From the NCBI GenBank assembly GCA_964450705.1, contig CAYVDB010000005.1:1-46353 (forward strand): a DNA stretch of 46,353 nucleotides, given 5' to 3'. A program made the translations under genes and the position numbers. Shown here piece by piece: positions 24,052 through 34,864 of the stretch (its first letter is position 1; each line of letters opens with the position of its first letter). This stretch comes from an uncultured Candidatus Saccharibacteria bacterium. Its GTDB lineage: Bacteria > Patescibacteriota > Minisyncoccia > Phycocordibacterales > Zambryskibacteraceae. The notes under the pieces were generated by a model. That model was not told the DNA's origin, did no database searches, and saw only the letters and a program-made list of their open reading frames with translations.

Positions 24052-27000
24052 ATGAATACTAAAAACAAAACAACAGAAAAAAAGGGCTTCGACATTTTAG
24101 GTCTTCGACTTGCTTCTCCAGACAGAATCAAGGAGTGGTCATTTGGTGAAATCACCAAGCCAGAGACAATAAACTATCGAACTCAAAGAAGTGAGAGAAA
24201 TGGATTGTTTGACGAGAAAATATTTGGTCCTGATAAAGACTATGAGTGTTACTGTGGTAAGTACCGCGGTATTCGCTATAAGGGAATCGTTTGTGAAAAG
24301 TGCGGAGTGGAAATTACCCGTTCTATTGTTCGTAGAGAGCGAATGGGGCATATTGAACTTGCAAGTCCTGTTTCTCACATCTGGTTCTTGAAATCTATGC
24401 CATCACGACTTGCTCTTGTAATGGGGATACCGTCAAGCGACCTTGAGAAGGTAATCTACTTTGCAGGCTATATCGTAACAAGCGTTTCTCAGGCAGAGAA
24501 GGAGAGGATTTTAAAGGATCTTGATTCAGAGTTTCGCTCAAAGGTTAAGGCGCTTCAAGATGAAAAATCAAAAGAAGCCCTGAAGGAATTACTTCTTTCT
24601 ACTAAGAAAGATATTGAGAGTCTTGTTCCTGGAAAGGTTCTTGATGAAGTTGAGTATCATACATTCTCCATGAAGTATGCGACTCTCTTTGAGGCAGGGA
24701 TTGGAGCGGAAGCTATTTACAATATTCTAAAGAAGCTCGACCTTGAATCTTTACTTACTACTCTTAAGGCAAGTCTTGAAAAAGCAAGTGCGCTTGAAAC
24801 TCCTAAAATTACCAAGCGCATTAGTGTAATTCAGCAACTTATAAACGGTAAGGTTAGACCAGAGTGGATGTTTCTAGTTAGAATACCTGTTATTCCTCCT
24901 GCATTACGTCCGATGGTTCCGCTTGATGGAGGTCGTTACGCAACCTCTGATGTTAATGACTTGTATCGCCGAGTTATAAACAGAAATAATCGTCTTAGAA
25001 AACTAAAGGAGATAAGTGCTCCAGATGTAATCTTGCGTAATGAAAAAAGAATTCTCCAAGAAGCAGTTGATGCCTTGATTGATAATTCGATTCGACATGG
25101 TAATGCTTTGTCCGCTGGAGCAAACCAAGCTCAAAGAAGGCCTTTGAAGTCTTTATCTGATAACTTGAAGGGCAAGAGAGGTCTTTTCCGACAGAATCTT
25201 CTTGGAAAACGTGTGGATTATTCAGGACGTTCTGTTATCGTGGTTGGCCCAGAACTCAAAATGCATGAATGTGGTCTTCCAAAACATATGGCCCTTGAGC
25301 TCTTCAAGCCTTTTGTTATCGGAGAGTTACTAAAAAGAGAGCTTGCGTTTAACATTCGTGGAGCGAGCCGTCTTATTGATGATGGTATACCAGAAGTTTG
25401 GGCAATTCTTGAAGATGTTATTAAAAGTAAGTATGTACTTTTAAACCGAGCCCCAACACTCCACCGTCTTGGTATCCAGGCATTTAAGCCTGTTCTTATT
25501 GAAGGAAATGCAATACAAGTGCACCCGCTGGTCTGTACCGCCTTTAATGCCGATTTCGATGGAGATCAGATGGCAGTCCATGTTCCTCTTTCCGTAGAAG
25601 CTCAGATAGAAGCTCGGGAAATTATGGCTGCTGATAAAAATATCTTGAAACCGGGAAGTGGAGAGCCTACTGTTGTTGCAAAGCTCCTAGATATTGTTCT
25701 TGGTTGTTACTGGATGACAAAAGTTGTTCCAGGAGAAAAGGGCGAAGGAAAAATATTCCACACGCCAAATAGTGCAATCACTGGTTATGAGTTTGGAGAA
25801 GTTGGATTCAGGGCTCTCATAAAAGTACTTGGAACAGAAAATCAGAAATACGCTGCATTTGAAGGTAAGGTATTTGAAACGACAGTGGGGAGACTTCTTT
25901 TCAATAGCGTGCTTCCATCCGACTATCCATTCTTGAATCAAGAAGTAGACCAGAAAAAGATGGCGCTTTTGGTTGATGATCTTATTGAACGATACGGTGT
26001 CGATAAAGTGCCCCCAATCATGGATCGCATTAAGGCATTCGGATTCAAGTACACAACATACTCTGGTATTACGTGGGGTATAAATGACGTTCAGATTCCA
26101 GAAGGTAAAGATGCGATTATAAAGAAGGCGCGAGCGCAAGCTGATGAAGTTATAAGTCAGTTCAATGCTGGGCTTCTTTCAGCTGAAGAGAGGTTAAGAA
26201 AGCATACTGAAATATGGCACGGAGCAAAAGGAGAAGTTGAAAAGCTTGTTCCTGAGGCGCTTGATTCAAACGGCCCAGTAAATGACATGTTGAGATCTCG
26301 CGCTCGAGGATCTGTTGCACAGCTTACTCAAATGGCTGGGATGAAGGGTCTTATCACCAATACTGCCGGAGAGACTATTGAATTTCCAATTATCTCTTGT
26401 GCTAAAGAAGGTCTTTCTCCGCTTGAATACTTCATCACCACTCACGGAAGTCGAAAGGGTCTTACCGACACGGCGCTTAATACTGCGAAAGCTGGGTATC
26501 TCACGAGACGTCTTTTCGATGTTGCCCAAGATGCAATTGTCTCCGAGGAGGATTGCGGGACAAAAGATTTTATTGTTATCAGCTCAAAGAATTCTGCTGG
26601 TCTCGAAGCATCGTTAGCAAAAAATATCCGTGGGCGTTTCCTTGCTGAAGATGTAACGGCCTCAAGTGGAGAAGTGCTTTTCAAGAAAGGTCATCTTGTC
26701 TCAAAACATGATGCACAAACAATTGAGGCAAAAGGAGTTCCTCATGTTTCTGTTTTCTCTCCTCTAACATGTAAATCTTCCCAAGGTGTTTGTATTAAGT
26801 GTTACGGTGCCGATCTTGGAAAACATAAAGTGATTGATCTCGGTGAAGCAGTTGGAACTATTGCCGCACAAGCGATTGGTGAACCAGGTACTCAGCTTAC
26901 AATGAGAACGTTCCACGCAGGGGGAACCGCGTCTGTTGGAGGGGACATTACTCAAGGTTTGCCACGTGTCGAGGAAGTATTTGAAAATAGGACACCAAAA

Positions 27001-27705
27001 AATCCTGCAGTAGTTTCCCACGTTGATGGAACTGTTTCTGAAATTATCAAGGATGGGAACGAGAAGGTCATTGTAATTGTTCCAGAAGAGAGATCTAAGG
27101 TTAAGGATAAGATTGAGTATCCAGTTACTGCGGCTCGAATGGTTTTAGTTAAGGTTGGGGATACAGTACACAAAGGAGATCTTCTTACTGATGGGTCTGC
27201 CGATATCGACGAACTCTTCAAATACGGCGGAAGGGATGTCGCTCAGAACTACATCATTAGAGAAATCTCAAAACCATATGATCTTCAAGGAGAGACTGTG
27301 TCTCGAAAACATATTGAAGTGATCGTTAAGCAGATGTTTTCTCGTAAAAAAGTAAAAGATCCTGGAGAAACACATCTTTCTCGCGGTGATGTTGTCGAAC
27401 ATAACGATTTTGCGCTCGCAAATGCGTACGCTCGAGAGAAGGGTCTTACTGAAGCAAAAGCGGACGATATACTGATGGGTATTACTGAAGTTTCACTTTC
27501 TCGACGAAGTTTCTTGTCGGCCGCATCATTCCAGCATACAACTCGAGTCCTCATTGCCGCTGCAATTAGAGGTGTTGACGACGAACTTACTGGGCTTAAA
27601 GAAAACGTCATCATTGGCCGTTTGATTCCTGCTGGAACCGGCTTTAAAGAGAGTCCGAAGCACGAGCTTGTGAGTAGAGTAGAAAGAGAAGGTAATCAAG
27701 AGTAG
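24052..27705 (+). CDS. rpoC: RNA polymerase beta' subunit
   Basis: Zinc finger (CYCGKY...CEKC), NADFDGD catalytic motif and GEPGTQLTMRTFH. Confidence 0.98.
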   Translation: MNTKNKTTEKKGFDILGLRLASPDRIKEWSFGEITKPETINYRTQRSERNGLFDEKIFGPDKDYECYCGKYRGIRYKGIVCEKCGVEITRSIVRRERMGHIELASPVSHIWFLKSMPSRLALVMGIPSSDLEKVIYFAGYIVTSVSQAEKERILKDLDSEFRSKVKALQDEKSKEALKELLLSTKKDIESLVPGKVLDEVEYHTFSMKYATLFEAGIGAEAIYNILKKLDLESLLTTLKASLEKASALETPKITKRISVIQQLINGKVRPEWMFLVRIPVIPPALRPMVPLDGGRYATSDVNDLYRRVINRNNRLRKLKEISAPDVILRNEKRILQEAVDALIDNSIRHGNALSAGANQAQRRPLKSLSDNLKGKRGLFRQNLLGKRVDYSGRSVIVVGPELKMHECGLPKHMALELFKPFVIGELLKRELAFNIRGASRLIDDGIPEVWAILEDVIKSKYVLLNRAPTLHRLGIQAFKPVLIEGNAIQVHPLVCTAFNADFDGDQMAVHVPLSVEAQIEAREIMAADKNILKPGSGEPTVVAKLLDIVLGCYWMTKVVPGEKGEGKIFHTPNSAITGYEFGEVGFRALIKVLGTENQKYAAFEGKVFETTVGRLLFNSVLPSDYPFLNQEVDQKKMALLVDDLIERYGVDKVPPIMDRIKAFGFKYTTYSGITWGINDVQIPEGKDAIIKKARAQADEVISQFNAGLLSAEERLRKHTEIWHGAKGEVEKLVPEALDSNGPVNDMLRSRARGSVAQLTQMAGMKGLITNTAGETIEFPIISCAKEGLSPLEYFITTHGSRKGLTDTALNTAKAGYLTRRLFDVAQDAIVSEEDCGTKDFIVISSKNSAGLEASLAKNIRGRFLAEDVTASSGEVLFKKGHLVSKHDAQTIEAKGVPHVSVFSPLTCKSSQGVCIKCYGADLGKHKVIDLGEAVGTIAAQAIGEPGTQLTMRTFHAGGTASVGGDITQGLPRVEEVFENRTPKNPAVVSHVDGTVSEIIKDGNEKVIVIVPEERSKVKDKIEYPVTAARMVLVKVGDTVHKGDLLTDGSADIDELFKYGGRDVAQNYIIREISKPYDLQGETVSRKHIEVIVKQMFSRKKVKDPGETHLSRGDVVEHNDFALANAYAREKGLTEAKADDILMGITEVSLSRRSFLSAASFQHTTRVLIAAAIRGVDDELTGLKENVIIGRLIPAGTGFKESPKHELVSRVEREGNQE

Positions 27706-27759
27706 TTTTGGTTTTGTTTATATCTGGGCTGTGCGGGAAGAGTAAACAAATAACTTGTC

Positions 27760-29499
27760 ATGTCTTCCTCATCTGTAGAAAAAATTAAAGAGCGTCTCTC
27801 CATATCAGATGTGATTGGGACGTATATTAAACTTGAAAAGGCGGGCCTCAATTTTAAAGCTCGATGCCCTTTTCATAATGAAAAAACACCATCATTTTTC
27901 TTGTCGTCTTCTCGCAATACGTATTATTGTTTTGGTTGTGGAGCAAAAGGGGATATTTTCACTTTTGTCGAGGAGTTTGAAGGGGTTGATTTTGTAGCCG
28001 CGCTTACATTATTGGCTGACCGTGCAGGAGTTACTCTCGAGGCTTTTGAGCCAAAAGAGAAAGGCGAGAAGGAAGAACTTTATAAAGTCTTAGAAGCCGC
28101 AACAGTTTTTTTTGAAACTGAACTTGAGAAAAATAGTAAAGCCAAAGAGTACCTTGTTTCGAGGGGTCTTTCGATGGAGTCTATTAAGAGGTGGAGAATT
28201 GGGTATGCGCCTAATGAATGGCGTTTGCTTTCAACAGAGCTTATTAGTAAAGGCGCCTCAAGGATTCGCCTTGAAACAGCTGGTCTTATAAAACGCGGAA
28301 CCAAAGATGGAACAGATGGTTTCTATGACGTATTTCGAGGGCGTATAATTTTTCCCATTAAAGATTCTTCAGGGAGAGTCATTGCCTTTAGTGGAAGAAT
28401 ATTTGATGACGTACCAGATGCTCCCAAGTACCTTAATAGTCCGGAGACACCGCTTTTTGTTAAGTCTGAAACTTTATACGGTTTTGATGTAGCAAAAGTT
28501 CCTGTTCGTAAAAAGGACTACTCTCTTCTTGTTGAAGGTCAAATGGATTTACTGCTTTGTCATCAGGCCGGCTTTGATAATGCCCTTGCTTCATCGGGTA
28601 CAGCGTTTACCGAGGGGCACCTCTTGAAATTGAAACGACTATCAAACCGCATTATGTTTGTCTTTGATGGTGATAACGCTGGGTTTGGTGCAAGTCTGAA
28701 AGGAGGACTTCTCGCTCTTTCTTTAGGCTTTGAAGTAAAGTTTGCTTCTTTGCCGAAGGGCTTGGATCCGGCAGATCTAATTGCGAAAGATGTAGAAATG
28801 TTTCGGGATGCATTAAAAAATTCAAAACATATAATTGATTTTCATTTGGATACATTGATTGAAACGGGAGTATCGGGTCGTGGGCTTTTAAAGGAAGTAG
28901 AAAAAAAGATTCTGCCTTACGTGCTTCTTCTTAACAGCTCTATTGAACAATCGCACTTTGTTTCTCAAATATCGAAAAAAACTGGAATTCCAGAAAGTGC
29001 TATTTGGCAGGATATTCGCAATCAGAAAATTAATCCAAGAAACTCTCAACAAAAAGTTTCTCCTGGACAAGATGCTCCAAATTCAGAGGTTTTGAAAAGA
29101 AGAAATTATGTTGAGCGTAGGCTTGTCGGCATATTATTCTGGCAAGAATCAGAAAAAGAAAAATCTATCGACACTGATAAGCTGCGTATTTCACTCGTTT
29201 CTCTTATTGGCGATAAAGAATTTGTTGGGCTTCTTGAGCATTATAAAGGTATTCGCGAAGAATTAATTTTTGAAGCAGAGTCATATTATGGAGATTCTTC
29301 GCGAATTACAAAAGAGATTGAAGAGCTCTCAATCAATCTTACAGAAGATATCTTGCGTGAAAGGTTTGTAGAAATCATGAGAGCGCTCGATAAGGCTGAA
29401 AAGGCAAAAGATGAGACAAGCGCAAAACAATTATTAAAAGAAGGCCAAGATATTACACAGAAATTAAGTGAATTGTCAGAGAAAAGGAGGGCAACATAA
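27760..29499 (+). CDS. dnaG: DNA primase
   Basis: CPFHNEKTPSF...CFGC zinc finger, KYLNSPET and TOPRIM motifs EGQMD, FDGDNAG and DPAD. Confidence 0.96.
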   Translation: MSSSSVEKIKERLSISDVIGTYIKLEKAGLNFKARCPFHNEKTPSFFLSSSRNTYYCFGCGAKGDIFTFVEEFEGVDFVAALTLLADRAGVTLEAFEPKEKGEKEELYKVLEAATVFFETELEKNSKAKEYLVSRGLSMESIKRWRIGYAPNEWRLLSTELISKGASRIRLETAGLIKRGTKDGTDGFYDVFRGRIIFPIKDSSGRVIAFSGRIFDDVPDAPKYLNSPETPLFVKSETLYGFDVAKVPVRKKDYSLLVEGQMDLLLCHQAGFDNALASSGTAFTEGHLLKLKRLSNRIMFVFDGDNAGFGASLKGGLLALSLGFEVKFASLPKGLDPADLIAKDVEMFRDALKNSKHIIDFHLDTLIETGVSGRGLLKEVEKKILPYVLLLNSSIEQSHFVSQISKKTGIPESAIWQDIRNQKINPRNSQQKVSPGQDAPNSEVLKRRNYVERRLVGILFWQESEKEKSIDTDKLRISLVSLIGDKEFVGLLEHYKGIREELIFEAESYYGDSSRITKEIEELSINLTEDILRERFVEIMRALDKAEKAKDETSAKQLLKEGQDITQKLSELSEKRRAT

Positions 29500-29541
29500 T
29501 AAGTTTAAATAATTAAATTAATAAGCACTAACAAAAATATC

Positions 29542-30783
29542 ATGGCTCAGAAAAAGAAAAAAAATATAAAAAAGGTTGCAAAAAAGAAAGTTATAAAAAC
29601 AAAAAAGATCGTAAAGAAGACCAAGAAGGCACAAAAGAAATCTCCTTTAAAAAAGAAGGCGCAGGTATCAAAGAAGGAAATAAAGACTCCTAAAGTTTCT
29701 AAAAAAGCTCAAGAGGTTGAGAATAAAGTTCAGGCTCTTATTGCTAAGGGCAAGCAAAAGGGGTTTGTCACCTATGATGAAATTCTCAAGCAGTTTCCTA
29801 CAATTGAGGAAGATATTGTTTTTTTGGAAGATTTTTATAACCGCCTTCATACAGGAGGCATAGATGTCTTAGAAGGAGGAGGGTTGCTTGATTTTGCAAA
29901 AGATGAAGAAGTTCCTTTGAGTAAGTATGAGTATAGCAAAGGGGATTCCTCTTATGACTCTATCCAAATGTATCTAAAAGAGATTGGGCAGTATCCTCTT
30001 ATTTCTGGAGCTCAAGAAAAGGAGCTCGCAAAGAGGATTGAGGCAGGAGACGAAGAAGCAAAAAATCTCCTTGCTCGGGCTAACTTGCGACTGGTTGTAT
30101 CTATTGCAAAGAAGTATGTCGGACGAAGTCCTGACCTAACCTTGCTTGACCTTATCCAAGAAGGAAATCTAGGCCTCTTTAAGGCGGTTGATAAGTTTGA
30201 TTGGACTAAGGGATACAAGTTTTCTACATATGCTACTTGGTGGATTAGACAGGCAATTACTAGAGCGCTTGCTGATCAGTCCCGAACTATTCGTGTTCCT
30301 GTGCACATGGTGGAAACTATCGCCAAATACAAACAAGTAGTTCGAAGACTTACCCAGGATCTTGGAAGGGATCCACTTGCGGAAGAGATTGCCACTGAGA
30401 TGAATATGGAAGTTGATAAGATCTACCAAATAGAAAAAATTGATCAAGCAACTGTTTCTCTTGAATCTCCTGTAGGAGAAGATGCTGATGATGGAAAGAG
30501 TAAGCTCGGAGATTTTCTTGCTGATGACAAGATTTTGTCTCCAGATCAAGAATCTTCCAGGAGAATCATCGCTGATCAAGTTCGAGAGATTTTAAGCGAT
30601 CTTCCTCCTAAAGAGAGAAAAATTCTTGAGATGCGACATGGCCTTGTAGACGGCATTACTCATACGCTTGAAGAAGTAGGGAAGGTCTTTGGTGTTACAA
30701 GAGAGCGTATCAGGCAGATTGAAGCCAAAGCTCACGAAAAAATCCGACAAAACGAGAAAATAAATCGTCTCAGAAATTATTAA
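29542..30783 (+). CDS. rpoD: RNA polymerase primary sigma factor with a Lys-rich N-terminal tail
   Basis: Motifs [36 protein letters not shown] and [10 protein letters not shown]. Confidence 0.96.
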   Translation: MAQKKKKNIKKVAKKKVIKTKKIVKKTKKAQKKSPLKKKAQVSKKEIKTPKVSKKAQEVENKVQALIAKGKQKGFVTYDEILKQFPTIEEDIVFLEDFYNRLHTGGIDVLEGGGLLDFAKDEEVPLSKYEYSKGDSSYDSIQMYLKEIGQYPLISGAQEKELAKRIEAGDEEAKNLLARANLRLVVSIAKKYVGRSPDLTLLDLIQEGNLGLFKAVDKFDWTKGYKFSTYATWWIRQAITRALADQSRTIRVPVHMVETIAKYKQVVRRLTQDLGRDPLAEEIATEMNMEVDKIYQIEKIDQATVSLESPVGEDADDGKSKLGDFLADDKILSPDQESSRRIIADQVREILSDLPPKERKILEMRHGLVDGITHTLEEVGKVFGVTRERIRQIEAKAHEKIRQNEKINRLRNY

Positions 30784-30809
30784 AAAAATAACCCATCGAG
30801 AAGATGGGT
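30782..30809. terminator. Hairpin terminator between convergent rpoD and cassette 7
   Basis: ACCCATC-GAGAA-GATGGGT preceded by an A-tract. Confidence 0.7.
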
Positions 30810-31003
30810 CAGAAGAGAAACTCCAGTAGCATTCCGATGAAAAGAAATGACATGCCACCAAGGAATGTAAGGAAACCTCTTCTGGCTTGGTATTTGTAGA
30901 TCGTGCCTTGTTGTGCCCGATTTAGATATATGACGTACATGAGGCTACCCAGCACAGAAATCAAGGCGATTACATAGCATGTTCTCGTTGCAAAAAAGAG
31001 CAC
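30809..31003 (-). CDS. Small orphan membrane protein with two TM helices (cassette 7)
   Basis: Hydrophobic VIALISVLGSLMYVIYL and FLTFLGGMSFLFIGMLLEFLF. GTG start with a GGAGG SD at 31009-31013. Confidence 0.7.
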   Translation of the reverse strand: MLFFATRTCYVIALISVLGSLMYVIYLNRAQQGTIYKYQARRGFLTFLGGMSFLFIGMLLEFLF

Positions 31004-31030
31004 CCCGTCCTCCAGAGAAAGTCTCTGTAA

Positions 31031-31058
31031 TTTCTAACACTTATTTCAAAAAAGTCAA
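31031..31058 (-). promoter_or_regulatory. Sigma70-like promoter for cassette 7
   Basis: TTGACT-16 nt-TAGAAA with an upstream TG. Confidence 0.55.
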
Positions 31059-31097
31059 ATATAGTAAGGTGGGCGTCGTGATACAATTTCTCTATAT

Positions 31098-34082
31098 ATG
31101 AAAGAGGACCCTTTTATCTCTGCCTATAAGTCTCTTAATTCTGAGCAGAAAAAAGCTGTAGACGCGATTGAAGGCCCAGTGATGGTGATTGCAGGTCCTG
31201 GGACAGGTAAGACTTCTATTTTGACGTTACGAATTGCAAATATACTTCGAAAAACAGACACAACCCCTGATAGTATTTTGGCACTTACTTTTACGGAATC
31301 AGCTGTATATTCGATGAGGAAAAAGCTCGCTGAACTTATTGGTTCCCGAGCATACAAGGTGAATATTGCGACCTTCCATTCGTTTTGCAACGACATTATC
31401 GAGCGTTACCCGGAGTACTTTCCAAGAATTATTGGCGGAACTCCAATAAGTGAAGTAGATCAGGTTCGCATTGTCGAGAATATATTTGAAGAAAATTCTT
31501 TCTCTATTATTAAACCATTCGGAAATATCTTCTATTATTTACGCCCAGCCATCCAAGCAATCCAAGCGCTCAAGCGAGAGAATATTGATCCGAAAGAATT
31601 TACAAATAGAGTAAAAGCCGAAGAAGAAAGATTCCTTGCTTTGGAAGACCTCTATCATACAAAAGGTAAGTATAAGGGCCATATGAAAGGTATTTATAAG
31701 GTGACAGAGAAAAAGATCGAAAAAAACAAAGAACTCGCGGTTGTCTTTGAAGAGTACGAGAAATCTCTTGCTCTGGAGAAAAAATATGATTATGAAGATA
31801 TGATACTTGAAGTAATTCGTGTTCTCGAGAAAGAAAACGATTTATTACTTATCTTACAAGAAGAATATCATTACATACTTGCTGATGAGCATCAGGATGC
31901 AAACAATGCTCAAAATAGAATTCTTGAATTGCTTTCTTCGTTCCACGATTCTCCAAATCTATTTATTGTTGGAGATGAGAAACAGGCCATATACCGTTTC
32001 CAAGGGGCTTCCTTAGAAAATTTTCTGTACTTCAAAAGAAAATATCCTCAAGCTCTTCTTTTGGCTCTTGAGAAGAATTATCGTTCCACACAGATTATCC
32101 TAGATGTAGCGCACTCTCTCATCGAAAATAATCCCGTATCTCTAGAAGCTTTACGTATTCCTCTCCAGGGGGTATCTCTTGAAGGTCCTCCTGTCGCTCT
32201 CTATGAATTAAAAACTAAAGAAGAGGAAATTTCTTTTCTTGTCGAAAATATAAAAAGTCGCATTAGTTCCGGTGTTTTACCTAGCGAGATTGCAGTGCTA
32301 TATCGTAATAATAAAGATGCCATAGAAATATCCAGATTACTTGAGAAGTTTGATATACCATTTGGAGTTCACTCTGACGAGGACGTTTTTCATGACTTTG
32401 ATATTCGAAAATACATAGAAATACTTAGAGCAGTTCATGCCTATGGGAAGGAACAGTTTATTGCGCCAATTATGTTTTTTGATTGTTTTGGGCTACCTCT
32501 TCTTGATGTATACCGTCTTATTTCCTTTGCTTCAAAAGAAAGAAAAAATATATATGATTTTCTGAGCAATCCTTTGCTTTTAAAGCAGGCGGAAATAACA
32601 GAGACCACGGCGTTTCTGAATTTTGGGGACGTTATGAAAAAATGGGCTCGTCTTGCAAAAAATAAACCACTTCTTGAGGTATTGGAAACCATTTTAAGGG
32701 AGTCTGGTTTTGTAGAGAGTATTCTTAGCAGTAAAGGATCTCTTGCAAAGATAGAGCGAATGGATGGGTTTCTGTTGTCTGCACGAGAACTTGTCCAAAC
32801 AAAAAGAGGGGCAACTCTCAATGATTTCATTGATTTTGTTGATACGCTTGAGGTTCATAATATTAAAATTCGGAAGAAAAATAGACCTCAATTTAATGAG
32901 GCGGTTTCTTTGATGACCGCCCACAAATCAAAAGGTCTGGAGTTTAAAGTAGTTTATATTGTCGGCCTTAATCAGAGCGTTTGGGGAGATAAGAAGCTTC
33001 GGGAACATTTCTCCCTGCCTATATTTTCCGATATTCCAGAGGATTCTTTTATAGAGGATGAACGTCGTCTTTTTTATGTTGCGCTTACCCGTGCAAAAGA
33101 GGAGGTTGTGATACTTTATTCGAGGCTTTCTTCAAACGGTAAAGAAGAATTAGGAAGCCAATTTCTTGACGAGTTGCGTAAAGATAAACTCTTGAAGGAG
33201 AAAGTATCTATTGAGATTTCTTTTAAAGACGGCATTGCTCCGGTCTCGTTCCCAGGTATTTCAATTTCTGACAAAAAATATTTACGATCGCTTTTCCTTG
33301 AGCAAGGGCTTAATGTGACAGCTCTTAATAATTTTTTAGAATGTCCCTGGAAATATTTCTTTGAGAATTTGATTAGAATTCCTAAAACTCCAGAAAAGTC
33401 CGCACTTTTTGGGGTTGCAGTTCATAGCACCTTAAGAGAAGCTTTGCTATTGGTGAAACAGGGTAAAAAGGTTGAAGAGCGGGAATTTCTTAAGATTTTT
33501 GAGAGATTTTTAAGTCGAGAGCCCTTGTCTCCAATAGATTTTAAAGAGGCTTTAAGAAAAGGCAAAAAAGCTTTAGTAGGGTATAGAAAAAAATATATAA
33601 AAAACTGGGGCGGGGAATCTCTTCCAGAGGTTTCAATTGCAGGAGTTTTTACTACGCTCGTTGATGGCACCAAGCTTCTCCTACGTGGGCAAATTGATAG
33701 GGTCGATCTTTTAGAAGGCTCGTTTGTTCGAGTGGTTGATTATAAGACCGGGAAACCAAAGTCACGCAATGCTATCCTTGGAGAAACTTCTGATTCCGAA
33801 GGTAACATGAAGCGTCAGTTGGATTTTTATAAACTTCTTCTCGACTTATATGAGGATGGCAAGTATAACATGAGGGAAGGGGTAATCGACTTTGTTGAAC
33901 CAACCGATCGAGGAGACTACAAGCAAGAATTTTTCTTTTTTGAAGATAAGGATAGGAGTGCCATTGAGAGTCTTGTTAAGGAGATTGGCAACGAGATACA
34001 AAACTTTACATTTTGGGATAAGAACTGCGGGAAGAAGGATTGTAAATTTTGTGAACTTCGTAAAAGCTTACATGAAGATTAG
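31098..34082 (+). CDS. UvrD/PcrA-family SF1 helicase fused to a C-terminal PD-(D/E)XK (RecB-like) nuclease with four Cys (AdnA/B- or AddB-like)
   Basis: Helicase motifs AGPGTGKT, DEHQD, NYRS, TAHKSKGLEF and ERRLFYVALTRAK. Nuclease motifs ECP...GQIDRVD...VDYKTG...QLDFY...C...CKFC. Confidence 0.9.
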   Translation: MKEDPFISAYKSLNSEQKKAVDAIEGPVMVIAGPGTGKTSILTLRIANILRKTDTTPDSILALTFTESAVYSMRKKLAELIGSRAYKVNIATFHSFCNDIIERYPEYFPRIIGGTPISEVDQVRIVENIFEENSFSIIKPFGNIFYYLRPAIQAIQALKRENIDPKEFTNRVKAEEERFLALEDLYHTKGKYKGHMKGIYKVTEKKIEKNKELAVVFEEYEKSLALEKKYDYEDMILEVIRVLEKENDLLLILQEEYHYILADEHQDANNAQNRILELLSSFHDSPNLFIVGDEKQAIYRFQGASLENFLYFKRKYPQALLLALEKNYRSTQIILDVAHSLIENNPVSLEALRIPLQGVSLEGPPVALYELKTKEEEISFLVENIKSRISSGVLPSEIAVLYRNNKDAIEISRLLEKFDIPFGVHSDEDVFHDFDIRKYIEILRAVHAYGKEQFIAPIMFFDCFGLPLLDVYRLISFASKERKNIYDFLSNPLLLKQAEITETTAFLNFGDVMKKWARLAKNKPLLEVLETILRESGFVESILSSKGSLAKIERMDGFLLSARELVQTKRGATLNDFIDFVDTLEVHNIKIRKKNRPQFNEAVSLMTAHKSKGLEFKVVYIVGLNQSVWGDKKLREHFSLPIFSDIPEDSFIEDERRLFYVALTRAKEEVVILYSRLSSNGKEELGSQFLDELRKDKLLKEKVSIEISFKDGIAPVSFPGISISDKKYLRSLFLEQGLNVTALNNFLECPWKYFFENLIRIPKTPEKSALFGVAVHSTLREALLLVKQGKKVEEREFLKIFERFLSREPLSPIDFKEALRKGKKALVGYRKKYIKNWGGESLPEVSIAGVFTTLVDGTKLLLRGQIDRVDLLEGSFVRVVDYKTGKPKSRNAILGETSDSEGNMKRQLDFYKLLLDLYEDGKYNMREGVIDFVEPTDRGDYKQEFFFFEDKDRSAIESLVKEIGNEIQNFTFWDKNCGKKDCKFCELRKSLHED

Positions 34083-34795
34083 TTATCAGAAAGGGCCGTA
34101 TCGATGATACTTTTAACAACATCATATGGATAAGCCCCCTCTATAGCTATTTTTTCGCCATTAGGTGCAATAAGGACGCTATAAGGAGTCCCTCGAGCTC
34201 CAGCTTTCTGCCCGTCATTAATATGGTCCGTTACAACTTGGGCAAACTGTCCACCAGATAGACACGTATTGAATTTATCCACATCTAGACCAAGAGACCC
34301 GGCTATTTTAGGTAACTCACTTGGATCAAGTGAGTCGTTCGAGTTTGTTTTTTCATAAATAGCGTCGATGTATTTCCAAAATACATCTTTCCCACCAATA
34401 GAAGCTGCGCACTCAGAGGCTTCTGCTTCTTTGCGAGCTTTCTTGTGAAGATTATCAATTGGCATGTGTCGATACACCCAAGCAACTTTTCCTTCTGCTC
34501 CGTACTCATCCATAATCATTTTCATTGTTTGATGGAACTGCTTGCAGTAAGGGCATTCTGTGTCAGAGAATTCAATAATAGCAACAGGCGCATTAGGGTT
34601 TCCGCGGATATGATCTTTCTCTGTAATTGGGTTTACTTGAATTGCGCCGACCACTTGATTGCGTCTGTCTGAGCCGTTAGGGAATTGCTTTGTCTCCTTT
34701 GATGACAAAAATATACCTCCGCCAACCAGAGCCCCTGCGATAATAATTGAGAATGGCACTATCCATGGATTTGGTTTTACAGTCTGTGGTTCCAT
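34079..34795 (-). CDS. Membrane-anchored DsbA-family thioredoxin-fold oxidoreductase
   Basis: N-terminal TM helix, GNPNAPVAIIEFSDTECPYC and a GTP cis-Pro motif. Confidence 0.92.
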   Translation of the reverse strand: MEPQTVKPNPWIVPFSIIIAGALVGGGIFLSSKETKQFPNGSDRRNQVVGAIQVNPITEKDHIRGNPNAPVAIIEFSDTECPYCKQFHQTMKMIMDEYGAEGKVAWVYRHMPIDNLHKKARKEAEASECAASIGGKDVFWKYIDAIYEKTNSNDSLDPSELPKIAGSLGLDVDKFNTCLSGGQFAQVVTDHINDGQKAGARGTPYSVLIAPNGEKIAIEGAYPYDVVKSIIDTALSDN

Positions 34796-34864
34796 ATCAT
34801 TTTTAGCTATTTAGGTAGTAGAGACTAGTATATCATTCTCTCTGCGCTATGGTAGGCTACTCTT

